64,000 nt of DNA from Solirubrobacterales bacterium (GTDB lineage Bacteria; Actinomycetota; Thermoleophilia; Solirubrobacterales; Solirubrobacteraceae), in NCBI GenBank assembly GCA_044446425.1, contig JBIOEW010000018.1, forward strand, positions 4,110 through 68,109, read 5' to 3'. A model generated the notes under the pieces. It had not been told where the DNA came from and did not search any database. It worked only from the letters and a program-made list of their open reading frames with translations. Made by a program: the position numbers and the translations under genes. Within the stretch, counting starts at the first letter, position 1. The number at the start of each line of letters is the position of its first letter. Shown here one piece after another: positions 28,761-37,608 of this stretch.

Positions 28761-29579
28761 TCAGACTCGATCGCCGGCCGGCGGGGCTGGTCGCAGGTTC
28801 TCGCGCCCGAAGGCATCGGAGTGCAGACCGCGGCGGTAGATCTCCACGCGCAGCACCTCCTCGAGGCGAACGTTGCCGAGCTGGACCTCGGGCCCGAAGT
28901 GGTCGATCATCGCGAACTGGCTGGCCTTGTTGGGCGCCTCGAACAGCACCGTCTCCAGCCCGAACGCGTCGGCGATTCGCTCGGCCTGGGCGGGATCGAA
29001 CTCGCCCGGCGCCGTGAACAGGCCGACGTCCTGGGCGCTCTCGCGCGCCTCGACGACGAGGCGCACCGCGCCCGCCTCCAGCCAGCTGGTCCCGGTTGCG
29101 ATCAGCTCCTCGGTCTGCTCGTCGGTGAAGCGTCCGCCGTGCTTCTCTCCCAGCTCGAACTCGACCTCCAGCCCACGCTCGCCCGCTTGGCGGACGATCT
29201 CGGCCGGCGCCAGCGACGGGTCCGTGAACCCTTCCCCGCACTCGATCCGCGAGAGGCCGACCTCGGCGCACAGGTCGAGGTATGCAGGGAGCGCGCGCTG
29301 GGCGACGGCCGTCTCGAACGGGCCACCGCCGGCGACCGTCGGCACGCCGGCTTCGCGAGCCGCCTGGATCTTGCTGCGCGTGGCGCCTTCCTCGGCGACC
29401 ATCCAGCAGGCCATCGAGATCTTCAGCGTGCCCATCAGATGAGCGCTCTGACGGATGTGAGCCTGCACCGTGACAGGGTCATAGCCCGGGTCGAAAGGGC
29501 AGGTCGCCCGGGGCGTCGGCCGGACTCCGATCTGCTCCAGGTAGCGCTCGGTGGCCGACGGGTGCTCGGCTCCTACCAT
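28761..29579 (-). CDS. comA: Phosphosulfolactate synthase family (divergent)
   Basis: GGGPFE, IECGEGF, ELGEK, LVVEARES...GLF, LFEAPNKASQ, FGPEVQLGNV, EIYRRGLHSDAFG; 18 bp upstream of comB. Confidence 0.85.
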   Translation of the reverse strand: MVGAEHPSATERYLEQIGVRPTPRATCPFDPGYDPVTVQAHIRQSAHLMGTLKISMACWMVAEEGATRSKIQAAREAGVPTVAGGGPFETAVAQRALPAYLDLCAEVGLSRIECGEGFTDPSLAPAEIVRQAGERGLEVEFELGEKHGGRFTDEQTEELIATGTSWLEAGAVRLVVEARESAQDVGLFTAPGEFDPAQAERIADAFGLETVLFEAPNKASQFAMIDHFGPEVQLGNVRLEEVLRVEIYRRGLHSDAFGRENLRPAPPAGDRV

Positions 29580-29665
29580 CGCCCGCGCCTCATCACCATA
29601 GGCATCATAGAAGCCTGTATCGGCCGCGTTCGCCGAATGGATTAGCGCTCTGGAGAGAAGCGAAC

Positions 29666-31699
29666 TTGCCCGCGAGGGGATCCTCCTCTAGATTGCAGAT
29701 CCAGCACGGGTGGGGGCGTGAGGGGCCATCAGGCACGGAGGCCGTCCGAGGAGAATGTTTGTTTCGCCACGCCGTACACCACTGGGCTGAGGAGAGCTTT
29801 CGCCGGCTCGCTCGCGGGCGACAGCTTGCGGCCGCCTCGCTGACGGCGGCGGCGCTGGGGCTGTGCGTCCCGGCGGCATCGGCGGCGATCCCGCCAAACG
29901 ACGAATTCTTCGCCAGGCAATGGGGCGCGCACAACACCGGGCAGCCGGTGCCGATCGACGAAGGCAACGAGAAATTCGGCGAACCCAAGGCCGGCGCGCC
30001 CGGCGCCGACGATCGCGCCCTGCAGGCGTGGAAGGTCTCCACGGGAAGCCGCTCGATCGTGATCGGCGAGGCCGACACCGGCGTCGACTACACACAGCCC
30101 GATCTCGCCGCCAACGTCTGGAGCAACCCCGGCGGAATCGCCGGCTGCCCCGCTGGTACGCACGGCTACAGCGTGGTCAACAAGACTTGTGAACCGATGG
30201 ACGCCGAAGCGTTCAACTACAGCAATGGCCGGTTCGGCGGCCACGGCACGCACGTCGCCGGGATCATGGCCGCCGTCGGAAACAACTCGACCGGCGTCGC
30301 CGGGATCAACTGGCAGGCGACGGTGCTGCCCGTGAGGTGGCTGCGAGCGGCCGACGAAGACCTCGGCGTCGGCAAGCTGATCGAAGCGCTCAGATGGTTC
30401 GCGAAAGCCGCTCGCGAAGGCGTCGACATCCGCGTGGTGAATGACTCGCCGACGTTCGAAGGAACACCGTCGGCGCAGCAGATCGAAGAAGAGACCGAAG
30501 CGATCGAAGAACTCGGCGCCGAGGGCATCCTGTTCGTGACCGCGGCCGGCAACACGGCCGAAGACAACGATGCTGAATCGGGTCGCTACCCGTGCAGGCT
30601 CGACCTCGCCAACGAGATCTGCGTAACGGCCACCAACGACGAAGACGAACTGCCGAGCTGGGCCAACTTCGGCGCGCACACGGTCGATCTGGCGGCTCCC
30701 GGAGTGAGCATCTACTCGACGCTGCGCGAAGGGAAATACGGCTACCTCAGTGGCGGCTCGATGGCCGCCGCGCAGGTCTCCGGCGCTGCGGCCCTGATCC
30801 TCTCGACCAATCAGTCGCTCTCTCCCGCTGCGCTGAAGCAGGACATCCTCGACAACGTCGATCCGCTCTTCTCGCTCTCCGGGAAGGTCGCGTCCGGCGG
30901 TCGCCTGGACATCTGCAAGGCCCTTCCGGGCTGCGAACCGGCAGTCGTCACCGGCGTGAGCCCGAACAGCGGCCCGGCGCACGGAGGCACGGCGGTCACG
31001 ATCACGGGAGCGCATCTCGACGGAGCCACCGCGGTCAGGTTTGGCTCCGCCAACGCCACCAGCTTCACCGTTGAGTCGCCGAGCTCGATCACCGCCCAGG
31101 CTCCCGCCGGAGCCGGAGCCGTGGATGTGACGGTGGCGACCCCAGGTGGCACAAGCCCAACTGTGACCGGGGACCGCTTCACCTACATAGCCGAAGCGCA
31201 ACCACCTCCGCCCGCCCCGACGCCGGGCCCGACGCCCGGTCCCGCAGCCGCCGCCCAAGCTACGACGGAAACGGCGGCTCCCTCTGCCGGGCAGTCCTCG
31301 GTGCTGGGCGCCAGCGACCGCGCAAGCGTCGTCGTGCTCCTAACCACGACGCTGGCGATCCAGCGAAACAGCGTCGCCGTCAAGCTGCGCTGCGTCGGCG
31401 CGCAATCGTGCGGCGGCAAGCTGACGATCGCGGTCAAGCAGCTCACGCGCTCGCCCGGCAAGGCCGCCACGACGAGGATCCAGACGATCGGCCGGGCCGT
31501 CTACTCGCTGCGCGCCGGCCAGAGCAAGTCGGTCGTACTCACGCTCAACGCGAGCGGACGGGCGCTGCTGCCGGCCGCGCCGGCACGACTCGATGCGCTG
31601 CTCACGATCCTCCCCTCGGGACCGGGCGCCGGCCGCGCCGCGACCAAGGGCGTGCACCTTCTCACGCGCGCGCGTGGCGCGAAGAAGTCCAGCGACTAG
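29666..31699 (+). CDS. Secreted S8 protease with IPT/TIG domain and basic C-terminal domain; start uncertain
   Basis: EADTGVDY, GHGTHVAG, TAAGN, GGSMAAAQVSG; IPT (VTGVSPNSGPAHGGTAVTITG...VRFG...VDVTVATPGG). Confidence 0.85.
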   Translation: MPARGSSSRLQIQHGWGREGPSGTEAVRGECLFRHAVHHWAEESFRRLARGRQLAAASLTAAALGLCVPAASAAIPPNDEFFARQWGAHNTGQPVPIDEGNEKFGEPKAGAPGADDRALQAWKVSTGSRSIVIGEADTGVDYTQPDLAANVWSNPGGIAGCPAGTHGYSVVNKTCEPMDAEAFNYSNGRFGGHGTHVAGIMAAVGNNSTGVAGINWQATVLPVRWLRAADEDLGVGKLIEALRWFAKAAREGVDIRVVNDSPTFEGTPSAQQIEEETEAIEELGAEGILFVTAAGNTAEDNDAESGRYPCRLDLANEICVTATNDEDELPSWANFGAHTVDLAAPGVSIYSTLREGKYGYLSGGSMAAAQVSGAAALILSTNQSLSPAALKQDILDNVDPLFSLSGKVASGGRLDICKALPGCEPAVVTGVSPNSGPAHGGTAVTITGAHLDGATAVRFGSANATSFTVESPSSITAQAPAGAGAVDVTVATPGGTSPTVTGDRFTYIAEAQPPPPAPTPGPTPGPAAAAQATTETAAPSAGQSSVLGASDRASVVVLLTTTLAIQRNSVAVKLRCVGAQSCGGKLTIAVKQLTRSPGKAATTRIQTIGRAVYSLRAGQSKSVVLTLNASGRALLPAAPARLDALLTILPSGPGAGRAATKGVHLLTRARGAKKSSD

Positions 31700-31784
31700 G
31701 CTCGCTCGAACATTCGTCGATCCTCGCGCGCGAGGTTAAAGTCGTTAGACTCGGAGCAGCGCGCCACGGGACGCGCGAGACGCA

Positions 31785-34631
31785 GTGCGCCGACCAGGAG
31801 GACACCCAGTGGAGCGCAACCCCCACGAGCACGGACGCACGTCGGGAACTCGCAGGTCGAGCCGGATCACCGCACCGGCGCTGATCGCTGTGCTGGCTGC
31901 CGCCGGCGTGGCCGCGGCGGGGCCCGGCGCGAGCGCCGCACCGGCTCCGACGCCCTTGACCGTCGCGCCGGCCGCGCTCGTCGAAGGCTCGCAGGGACTG
32001 GTAGGCGCAGCCGGTCCCGTGCTCCCTCCGTCGCCCAACCCCTTCCGCGCGGATGTCGTGCTCGTCGGGTTCCGCTCGGGCGTGTCGACCGGCAAGCGCT
32101 ACGCGATCGAGCGCGCGGCGGGCGGCGAGGGCGCGGCGCACCTTGGCCCGGCAATCGCACCCGCGGCTCGCGGCGCCGTCGCCGCCACCGGCGCGCAGTA
32201 CCTCTCGCCGCTGAGGCTCCGCGTTCACCCCGGCGACGTGCCAGCCGTGATCCGACGGCTGCGGCGCAGTCACGCGGTCGCCTACGCCGAGCCGGACTAC
32301 CTGATGAGCGCGAGCGCCGCGCCGAACGATCCTTCCTTCTCGCTCCAGTGGGGCGACAGCAACACCGGGCAGCCGATCCCGACCCAAGAATCCGAAGAGG
32401 TGCTCGGACCGGAAGCGAAAGGGACACCAGGCGCCGACGATCGCGCGCTCGCGGCCTGGGGCGTGAGCACCGGCAGCCGCTCGATCGTGATCGGCGAGAC
32501 CGACACGGGCGTCGACTACAACCACCCCGACCTGGCGGCCAACATCTGGAGCAACCCAGGCGGGATCGGCGGCTGCGCAAGCGGGACGCACGGCTACAAC
32601 GTCCGCACGCACACGTGCGAACCGATGGACGACGACACGATCTACGGCGGACACGGCACGCACGTTGCGGGCATCATGGGCGCCGTCGGCAGCAACGGCA
32701 CCGGCGTCGCGGGAATCAACTGGCAGACCTCGATCCTCCCGGTGAAGTGGCTCAGCTCCTCCGCGTCGGGAGAAACGAGCGGCCTGATCGAAGCGCTGCA
32801 GTGGCTCGTCGCGGCCAAGCAAGCCGGCGTGAACATACGTGTCGTCAACGACTCGGCGACCTTCGTCGGCACCGCCTTCTCGCAGGCGCTCTCCAACGAG
32901 ATCGACACGCTCGGCGCGAACAACATCCTGTTCGTGACGGCTGCCGGCAACACCGGCAACAACAACGACGAAGAAAAAGTCAGGCGCTACCCGTGCGGCT
33001 ATGACCGCCCGACCGAGCTTTGCGTGACAGCCACGAACAACAACGACCAGCTGCCCAAATGGGGCAACTACGGCCCTCACACGGTCGATCTCGCGGCGCC
33101 CGGCGTGAGCATCTACTCGACGCTGCGCAAAGGCGCCTATGGCTACCTTTCGGGCGGCTCGATGGCCTCACCGCAGGTCGCCGGCGCCGCTGCCCTGATC
33201 CTCTCCGCCAACCCGTCGCTGTCGGCGAGCGAACTGAAGGCAGACATCACGGCGAACGTCGACCCGCTGCCGGCGCTGTCGGGCAAGGTCATCACCGGCG
33301 GGCGCCTGGACGTATGCAAGGCGCTCCCCGGCTGCTCCACCGAACAGCCTCCGCCGACGGGCACGTTCGGCAAGACGACGGTCGGCGCCTCAACGGACGG
33401 CGGCATCTTCTCCGGCTACAAGGTCGTGCACACCGCAACGCTGCCGACCACCGGCTCGGTGACGAAGCTCAGCCTGTACGCGGTTCCGGGCATCAACTCG
33501 CCCAGCCCGCAGGCGCTGCGCGCCGTGATCTACAGCGACTCGGGCGGATCGCCCGGAGCGCTGCTCGCCACCGGGCCCGAAGTCACCTACCAGGGGTCCG
33601 TCAACGGGTCAGGCTGGTTTGAACTTCCCCTCGCGACCCCGGTCGCGCTCTCGCCGGGCACCTACTGGCTCGGCTTCATCACCGGCACGACGACCGAGGG
33701 CCTGGGCTACCGCTATGACACCGTCGCCAACAGCCGCGCCTACAACACGAACCCGTTCGCCAACGGACCGACGAACCCCTTCGGCACTGCCACGAAGGAC
33801 TCCGAGCAGGCGTCGATCTACGCGACCTACAGCACGAGCGCCCCACAGCTCTCCCCACCGGCGAACACGTCGCCGCCGACGATCTCCGGGACCGCCCAGG
33901 TCGGGCAGACGCTGACCGCCGGCCTCGGCTCCTGGAGCGAAAGCCCGAGCGGCTATGCCGATCAGTGGCAGCGCTGCGACGCGACCGGCGCGAGCTGCTC
34001 GGCGGTGGCGGGCGCGACGGCGCAGACGTACACGCTCTCGGCAGCCGACCTGAACACGACGATCCGCGTCGCCATCGCGGCCTCCAACTCGGCCGGCAGC
34101 TCGGCGCCGACGAGCTCGGCGCAGACCGCCGTCGTACAGCAGGCAGAACAGAGCACGGCGACCTTCGGCAAGACGAACGTCGGCTCCTCTTCAGACACGT
34201 TCTCGGCCAACCGCAAGCGGGTCAACCGCTACGCGCTTGCCGGCAACGCCTCGGTGACCAAGCTGAGCGTCTACCTGACCCCGGCGGCCTCGTCGGGCAG
34301 CCAGGCGCTGCAGGGGATCGTCTACTCGGACTCCTCCGGGAAACCGGCCGTCCTGCTGGGCGGTACCGAAACGCTGACGTTCAAAGCGAAAAGCGCCGCC
34401 GGCTGGTACGACCTCAAGTTCTCCTCGCCGCTGAAACTCGCCGCCGGCAGCTACTGGATCGGCGTTATCACGGGTGCCAGCAGCGGCGTCGCGGGATTCC
34501 GCTACGACAACGTCTCCGGCTCGCGCGACTACAACAGCAACACCTTCACGGCGGGCCCGTCCAATCCCTTCGGCGCCGTCACGACCGACAGCGAGCAGAG
34601 TTCGCTGTACGCGACTTACCTTCCGGGCTAG
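31785..34631 (+). CDS. Secreted S8 protease with prodomain, two repeated ~160-aa beta domains and an Ig-like spacer
   Basis: YAEPDY prodomain end, ETDTGVDY, GHGTHVAG, GGSMASPQVAG; repeated TFGKT.VG...S.YATY domains around PANTSPPTISGTAQVGQTLT...QWQRCD. Start may be GTG 31809. Confidence 0.88.
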   Translation: MRRPGGHPVERNPHEHGRTSGTRRSSRITAPALIAVLAAAGVAAAGPGASAAPAPTPLTVAPAALVEGSQGLVGAAGPVLPPSPNPFRADVVLVGFRSGVSTGKRYAIERAAGGEGAAHLGPAIAPAARGAVAATGAQYLSPLRLRVHPGDVPAVIRRLRRSHAVAYAEPDYLMSASAAPNDPSFSLQWGDSNTGQPIPTQESEEVLGPEAKGTPGADDRALAAWGVSTGSRSIVIGETDTGVDYNHPDLAANIWSNPGGIGGCASGTHGYNVRTHTCEPMDDDTIYGGHGTHVAGIMGAVGSNGTGVAGINWQTSILPVKWLSSSASGETSGLIEALQWLVAAKQAGVNIRVVNDSATFVGTAFSQALSNEIDTLGANNILFVTAAGNTGNNNDEEKVRRYPCGYDRPTELCVTATNNNDQLPKWGNYGPHTVDLAAPGVSIYSTLRKGAYGYLSGGSMASPQVAGAAALILSANPSLSASELKADITANVDPLPALSGKVITGGRLDVCKALPGCSTEQPPPTGTFGKTTVGASTDGGIFSGYKVVHTATLPTTGSVTKLSLYAVPGINSPSPQALRAVIYSDSGGSPGALLATGPEVTYQGSVNGSGWFELPLATPVALSPGTYWLGFITGTTTEGLGYRYDTVANSRAYNTNPFANGPTNPFGTATKDSEQASIYATYSTSAPQLSPPANTSPPTISGTAQVGQTLTAGLGSWSESPSGYADQWQRCDATGASCSAVAGATAQTYTLSAADLNTTIRVAIAASNSAGSSAPTSSAQTAVVQQAEQSTATFGKTNVGSSSDTFSANRKRVNRYALAGNASVTKLSVYLTPAASSGSQALQGIVYSDSSGKPAVLLGGTETLTFKAKSAAGWYDLKFSSPLKLAAGSYWIGVITGASSGVAGFRYDNVSGSRDYNSNTFTAGPSNPFGAVTTDSEQSSLYATYLPG

Positions 34632-34779
34632 TCCCCGTGCCCGCGCCCGCGGGTCCGCACGGGCTGATGAAAATGCCGCAGCTTGCTGCAAGCGGGGGCT
34701 ATTTCCTGTCAGGCAAGGCTCGCCTCGCTCGGGGCCTCGCCGCCGGGGCAGGGCGCGGGGCGGTAGATCAGCCGGAGGC

Positions 34780-36006
34780 TCAGCGCACGTGGCCGAGGCC
34801 CTGACGAGAGCTGGTTGCGACGGGCACCCCGCCGCGCCAGTCGATCTCGAGCATCTTGCGCGTGTTGCGAAGCGGCCCCAGGTAGGCGACCCGCCGGAAC
34901 GTGCGCGTGTCGAACACGTCGCCTGAGTCGCCGACGTAGACGAAGCGACCGTCGAGGCTGTGCTGGATCCAGCCGTCGCGGGCACAGTCGTAGCTGCAGG
35001 GGCTCTCTTCGCCGCTCATCGGATGCGAGAGTCGGATGTTGCGCAGCAGGCGCGGTCCCCGGCGAGGCAGCGCAGAGACATCGAACGCGTGCACATACCC
35101 ATTCGGCGCGTCCATCACCCAGAGCTGCCGCTCGTTGGGCGAGAGCGAGATCCCATGACTCGGAGCGCTCGGAGCGAAGCTCGCCGGGCTCCAGCTGAAG
35201 CCGGGGAACGACTGCGTGTAGAGCACCCGGCCGGAAGCGATGCTGCTGACCTGGAAGCCGAGGAACCCCGTGGCCGTGGTGAACGCGAGCGTCTGGCGGC
35301 CGTTGATCGTGAACGGCCGCACGCCGCTGCGCAGCGGGCCGACGTTCTGGACCACGCGGTTGGTCGCAGTGTCGGCGACCTCCAGGTAGTCGTGTTCGCG
35401 CCCGCCGAGGTAGACCCGGCGGCCGTCGAGGCTCATCACCGTGTTGTGCGCGCCCGAGCCTCCCTGGATGCTCGCGATCGGCCTGCCGTCGCGCGCGTCG
35501 AGGACTTCCCAGACGCCGCTGTCGTCGAGCTCGCCGGTCGGCATGTAGATGCGCGCCCCGTCAGGGCTGATCGCCATGCTGTCGATCCCGCTGCGATAGG
35601 AGCGTTGCCACAGCACGCGTTCGCCGAGCAGGTCGTAGGCGAGCAGCGATCCGCTCCCGTTCGAGCCGCCGTCGCCGCCGTAGCTGATGTACAGGGTGTG
35701 CGTGACGGGGCTCGCGACGACGCCCCTGATCCCTTTCGCCATCGGCAGCGCGACACGCTGCACGAGGCGTTGGTGAGCGTCTATGTCGTACACGTACATC
35801 GACCCGTCGGGGAACACGTACTCGTAGTGGTGAACGGCGCGACCGCTCGTCAACCGCGGAGCGGAGGAGGACGCTGCGACCGCGGCGCCGGTGTCCGAGG
35901 AGGCGCTCTGCGTCCCCACGCCGGCCGAGCATCCGAACGCGACCAGCGCCGCCAGCGCGGCGAGCGCAGCCACGGCAAGCGCCGCGCGGCTCCCCACCCG
36001 GCTCAA
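34780..36006 (-). CDS. YncE/YVTN-like beta-propeller lipoprotein
   Basis: AFGC lipobox; repeated S.DG.R.Y blades (ISPDGARIY, MSLDGRRVY, LSPNERQLW, HSLDGRFVY). Confidence 0.78.
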   Translation of the reverse strand: MSRVGSRAALAVAALAALAALVAFGCSAGVGTQSASSDTGAAVAASSSAPRLTSGRAVHHYEYVFPDGSMYVYDIDAHQRLVQRVALPMAKGIRGVVASPVTHTLYISYGGDGGSNGSGSLLAYDLLGERVLWQRSYRSGIDSMAISPDGARIYMPTGELDDSGVWEVLDARDGRPIASIQGGSGAHNTVMSLDGRRVYLGGREHDYLEVADTATNRVVQNVGPLRSGVRPFTINGRQTLAFTTATGFLGFQVSSIASGRVLYTQSFPGFSWSPASFAPSAPSHGISLSPNERQLWVMDAPNGYVHAFDVSALPRRGPRLLRNIRLSHPMSGEESPCSYDCARDGWIQHSLDGRFVYVGDSGDVFDTRTFRRVAYLGPLRNTRKMLEIDWRGGVPVATSSRQGLGHVR

Positions 36007-36016
36007 CGGACCCGGC

Positions 36017-36805
36017 TCAACCGAGCGGACGCGCGATGTAGTGCAGCTCCGAGCAATGCGCCGCCACGGCCCCCGCCGGAACCGCGAGGCCGTCGAGGTC
36101 GAGGCACTCGATCGTCTCGAAGCCCTCCTCGGCGAGCTGCTGGAACTGCGCGTCGCGTGAGATGTAGTAATGGAGCACGGCGAAGTCGTGCGCCTCGTCG
36201 TTGATCAGCGCGTAGCCGGGCTCCTCGCGCTCGAGCGGGCGGAACTTGCGCCGGTTGCGCAGGCGCCGGGGCAGGCCTTTGGCGCTGCGCCAGGGACGCC
36301 TCGTACCGCCGCTCAGCACGCGCATCGCGACGCTCGTGCGCGGCACATAGCCGCGGTTGTGCGAGGAGACGATGAACAGACCGCCGGGCGCGAGCACGCG
36401 GCGGACTTCGCCGAACACTCGGCGCCGCTCGGCGTCGCCGAGCACGTCGATCACGTTGAAGGTTCCCACGACGGCGTCGAGCGAGCCCTCGTCGAAACCG
36501 CTGAGGTCGCGCAGGTCGCCGACGCTGAACGTGCCTCCTGGATAGGTCTCGCGACAGTAGGCGACCATCGCGGGCGCCAAGTCGAGACCATGGACGTCGC
36601 CGCCAAGTTCGATCAGATGGCCCGTCAGACGCCCGGCGCCGGACCCCAGCTCGAGCACGCGGCCGGCGAGCGCTTCGCGATAGCGCTCGAGCATGGTCTC
36701 CTCCACCGGGCGCAGTTGCCGCCTGGCGTAGTTCTTGACGAATTCACCCTTCGACCAGACCTCCTCGTTGAGGGCCGTCTGTTCGTCGTCGAGCACTGCG
36801 ATCAT
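36017..36805 (-). CDS. Class I SAM-dependent methyltransferase
   Basis: VLELGSGAGR, GLDLAPAM, GDLRDL...SLDAV, RRVLAPGGLF. Confidence 0.88.
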   Translation of the reverse strand: MIAVLDDEQTALNEEVWSKGEFVKNYARRQLRPVEETMLERYREALAGRVLELGSGAGRLTGHLIELGGDVHGLDLAPAMVAYCRETYPGGTFSVGDLRDLSGFDEGSLDAVVGTFNVIDVLGDAERRRVFGEVRRVLAPGGLFIVSSHNRGYVPRTSVAMRVLSGGTRRPWRSAKGLPRRLRNRRKFRPLEREEPGYALINDEAHDFAVLHYYISRDAQFQQLAEEGFETIECLDLDGLAVPAGAVAAHCSELHYIARPLG

Positions 36806-36942
36806 CCAACCTCTCGGATCGGTTCCACAACGTGAAGTGCATCCCGAGGCCCCCGCCCCGAGTGGTCAGGGTAGCGCAAGGGCGCCGGGGCTCGCGATGG
36901 GTCTCCGGGCATCCGACGGCCTTCTCTGAGAGAATTCTCATA

Positions 36943-37329
36943 ATGCCGCTGCGAGTGGGAATCGACTTGGCGTCGGTCGAGCTGGTGCGAGACGCGATCG
37001 AGACGCACGGCGATCGCTATCTAGAACGTGTGTACACCGCCCGCGAGCTGAGCGACTGCGCGACCGGCGCGGACGGCCGGCCCGAGCCGGAGCGACTCGC
37101 CGCCCGCTTCGCGGCGAAGGAGGCGACGCTGAAGGTGCTCCGGCCCGGCGAGGTCGGCCTGCCGCTGACGGCGATCGAGGTAGTCCGCGGTCCCGATGGA
37201 GCGGTCGCGCTGGAGCTGGACGGGCCCGCCGCTTCGCTGGCCGGCGATGCGGGTATTTCGGAGCTAACGTTGAGTCTGACGCACGAGGACGGGTTCGCGG
37301 CTGCGGTGGTGATTGCAACTTGCGCTTAA
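36943..37329 (+). CDS. acpS: Holo-[acyl-carrier-protein] synthase (AcpS-type 4'-phosphopantetheinyl transferase)
   Basis: VGIDL, RVYTARE, LAARFAAKEATLK, LSLTHE...AAAVV; start ATG 36943. Confidence 0.92.
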   Translation: MPLRVGIDLASVELVRDAIETHGDRYLERVYTARELSDCATGADGRPEPERLAARFAAKEATLKVLRPGEVGLPLTAIEVVRGPDGAVALELDGPAASLAGDAGISELTLSLTHEDGFAAAVVIATCA

Positions 37330-37353
37330 GGAAGCGGGCCCTCGCACCGATGG

Positions 37354-37608
37354 ATGACCATGCTCGAGCAGATCCGACAGATAATCAACGACCATGCCAG
37401 GCTGCCGGGCGACGCCGAAGAGCTGACGCCGGACGCCGACCTCTACCAGGCCGGCATGACCTCGCACGCAAGCGTCAACGTGATGCTCGCGCTGGAGGAC
37501 CACTTCGACGTCGAGTTCCCCGACCGTATGCTCAAGCGCAGCGTGTTCGAGAGCATCTCCTCGATCGCGGCCGCGCTGGAGGAGCTGCGCGTGGAAGCCG
37601 CGGTATGA
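37354..37608 (+). CDS. Stand-alone carrier protein (aminoacyl carrier type)
   Basis: 84 aa acidic; DADLYQAGMTSHASVNVMLALEDHFDVEFPD with the Ppant Ser in GMTS (instead of GxDS), as in carriers partnered with aa:CP ligases. Confidence 0.9.
   Translation: MTMLEQIRQIINDHARLPGDAEELTPDADLYQAGMTSHASVNVMLALEDHFDVEFPDRMLKRSVFESISSIAAALEELRVEAAV

Noticed and set aside
28029-29579. Coenzyme M biosynthesis / methanogenesis or alkene metabolism
   Set aside because: No comC/D/E or CoM-using enzymes in the window; the context is polysaccharide synthesis.
34665-34712. Imperfect inverted repeat (gcttgc-t-gcaagc core) between convergent genes
   Set aside because: Most simply a bidirectional terminator-like hairpin; too weak to call.
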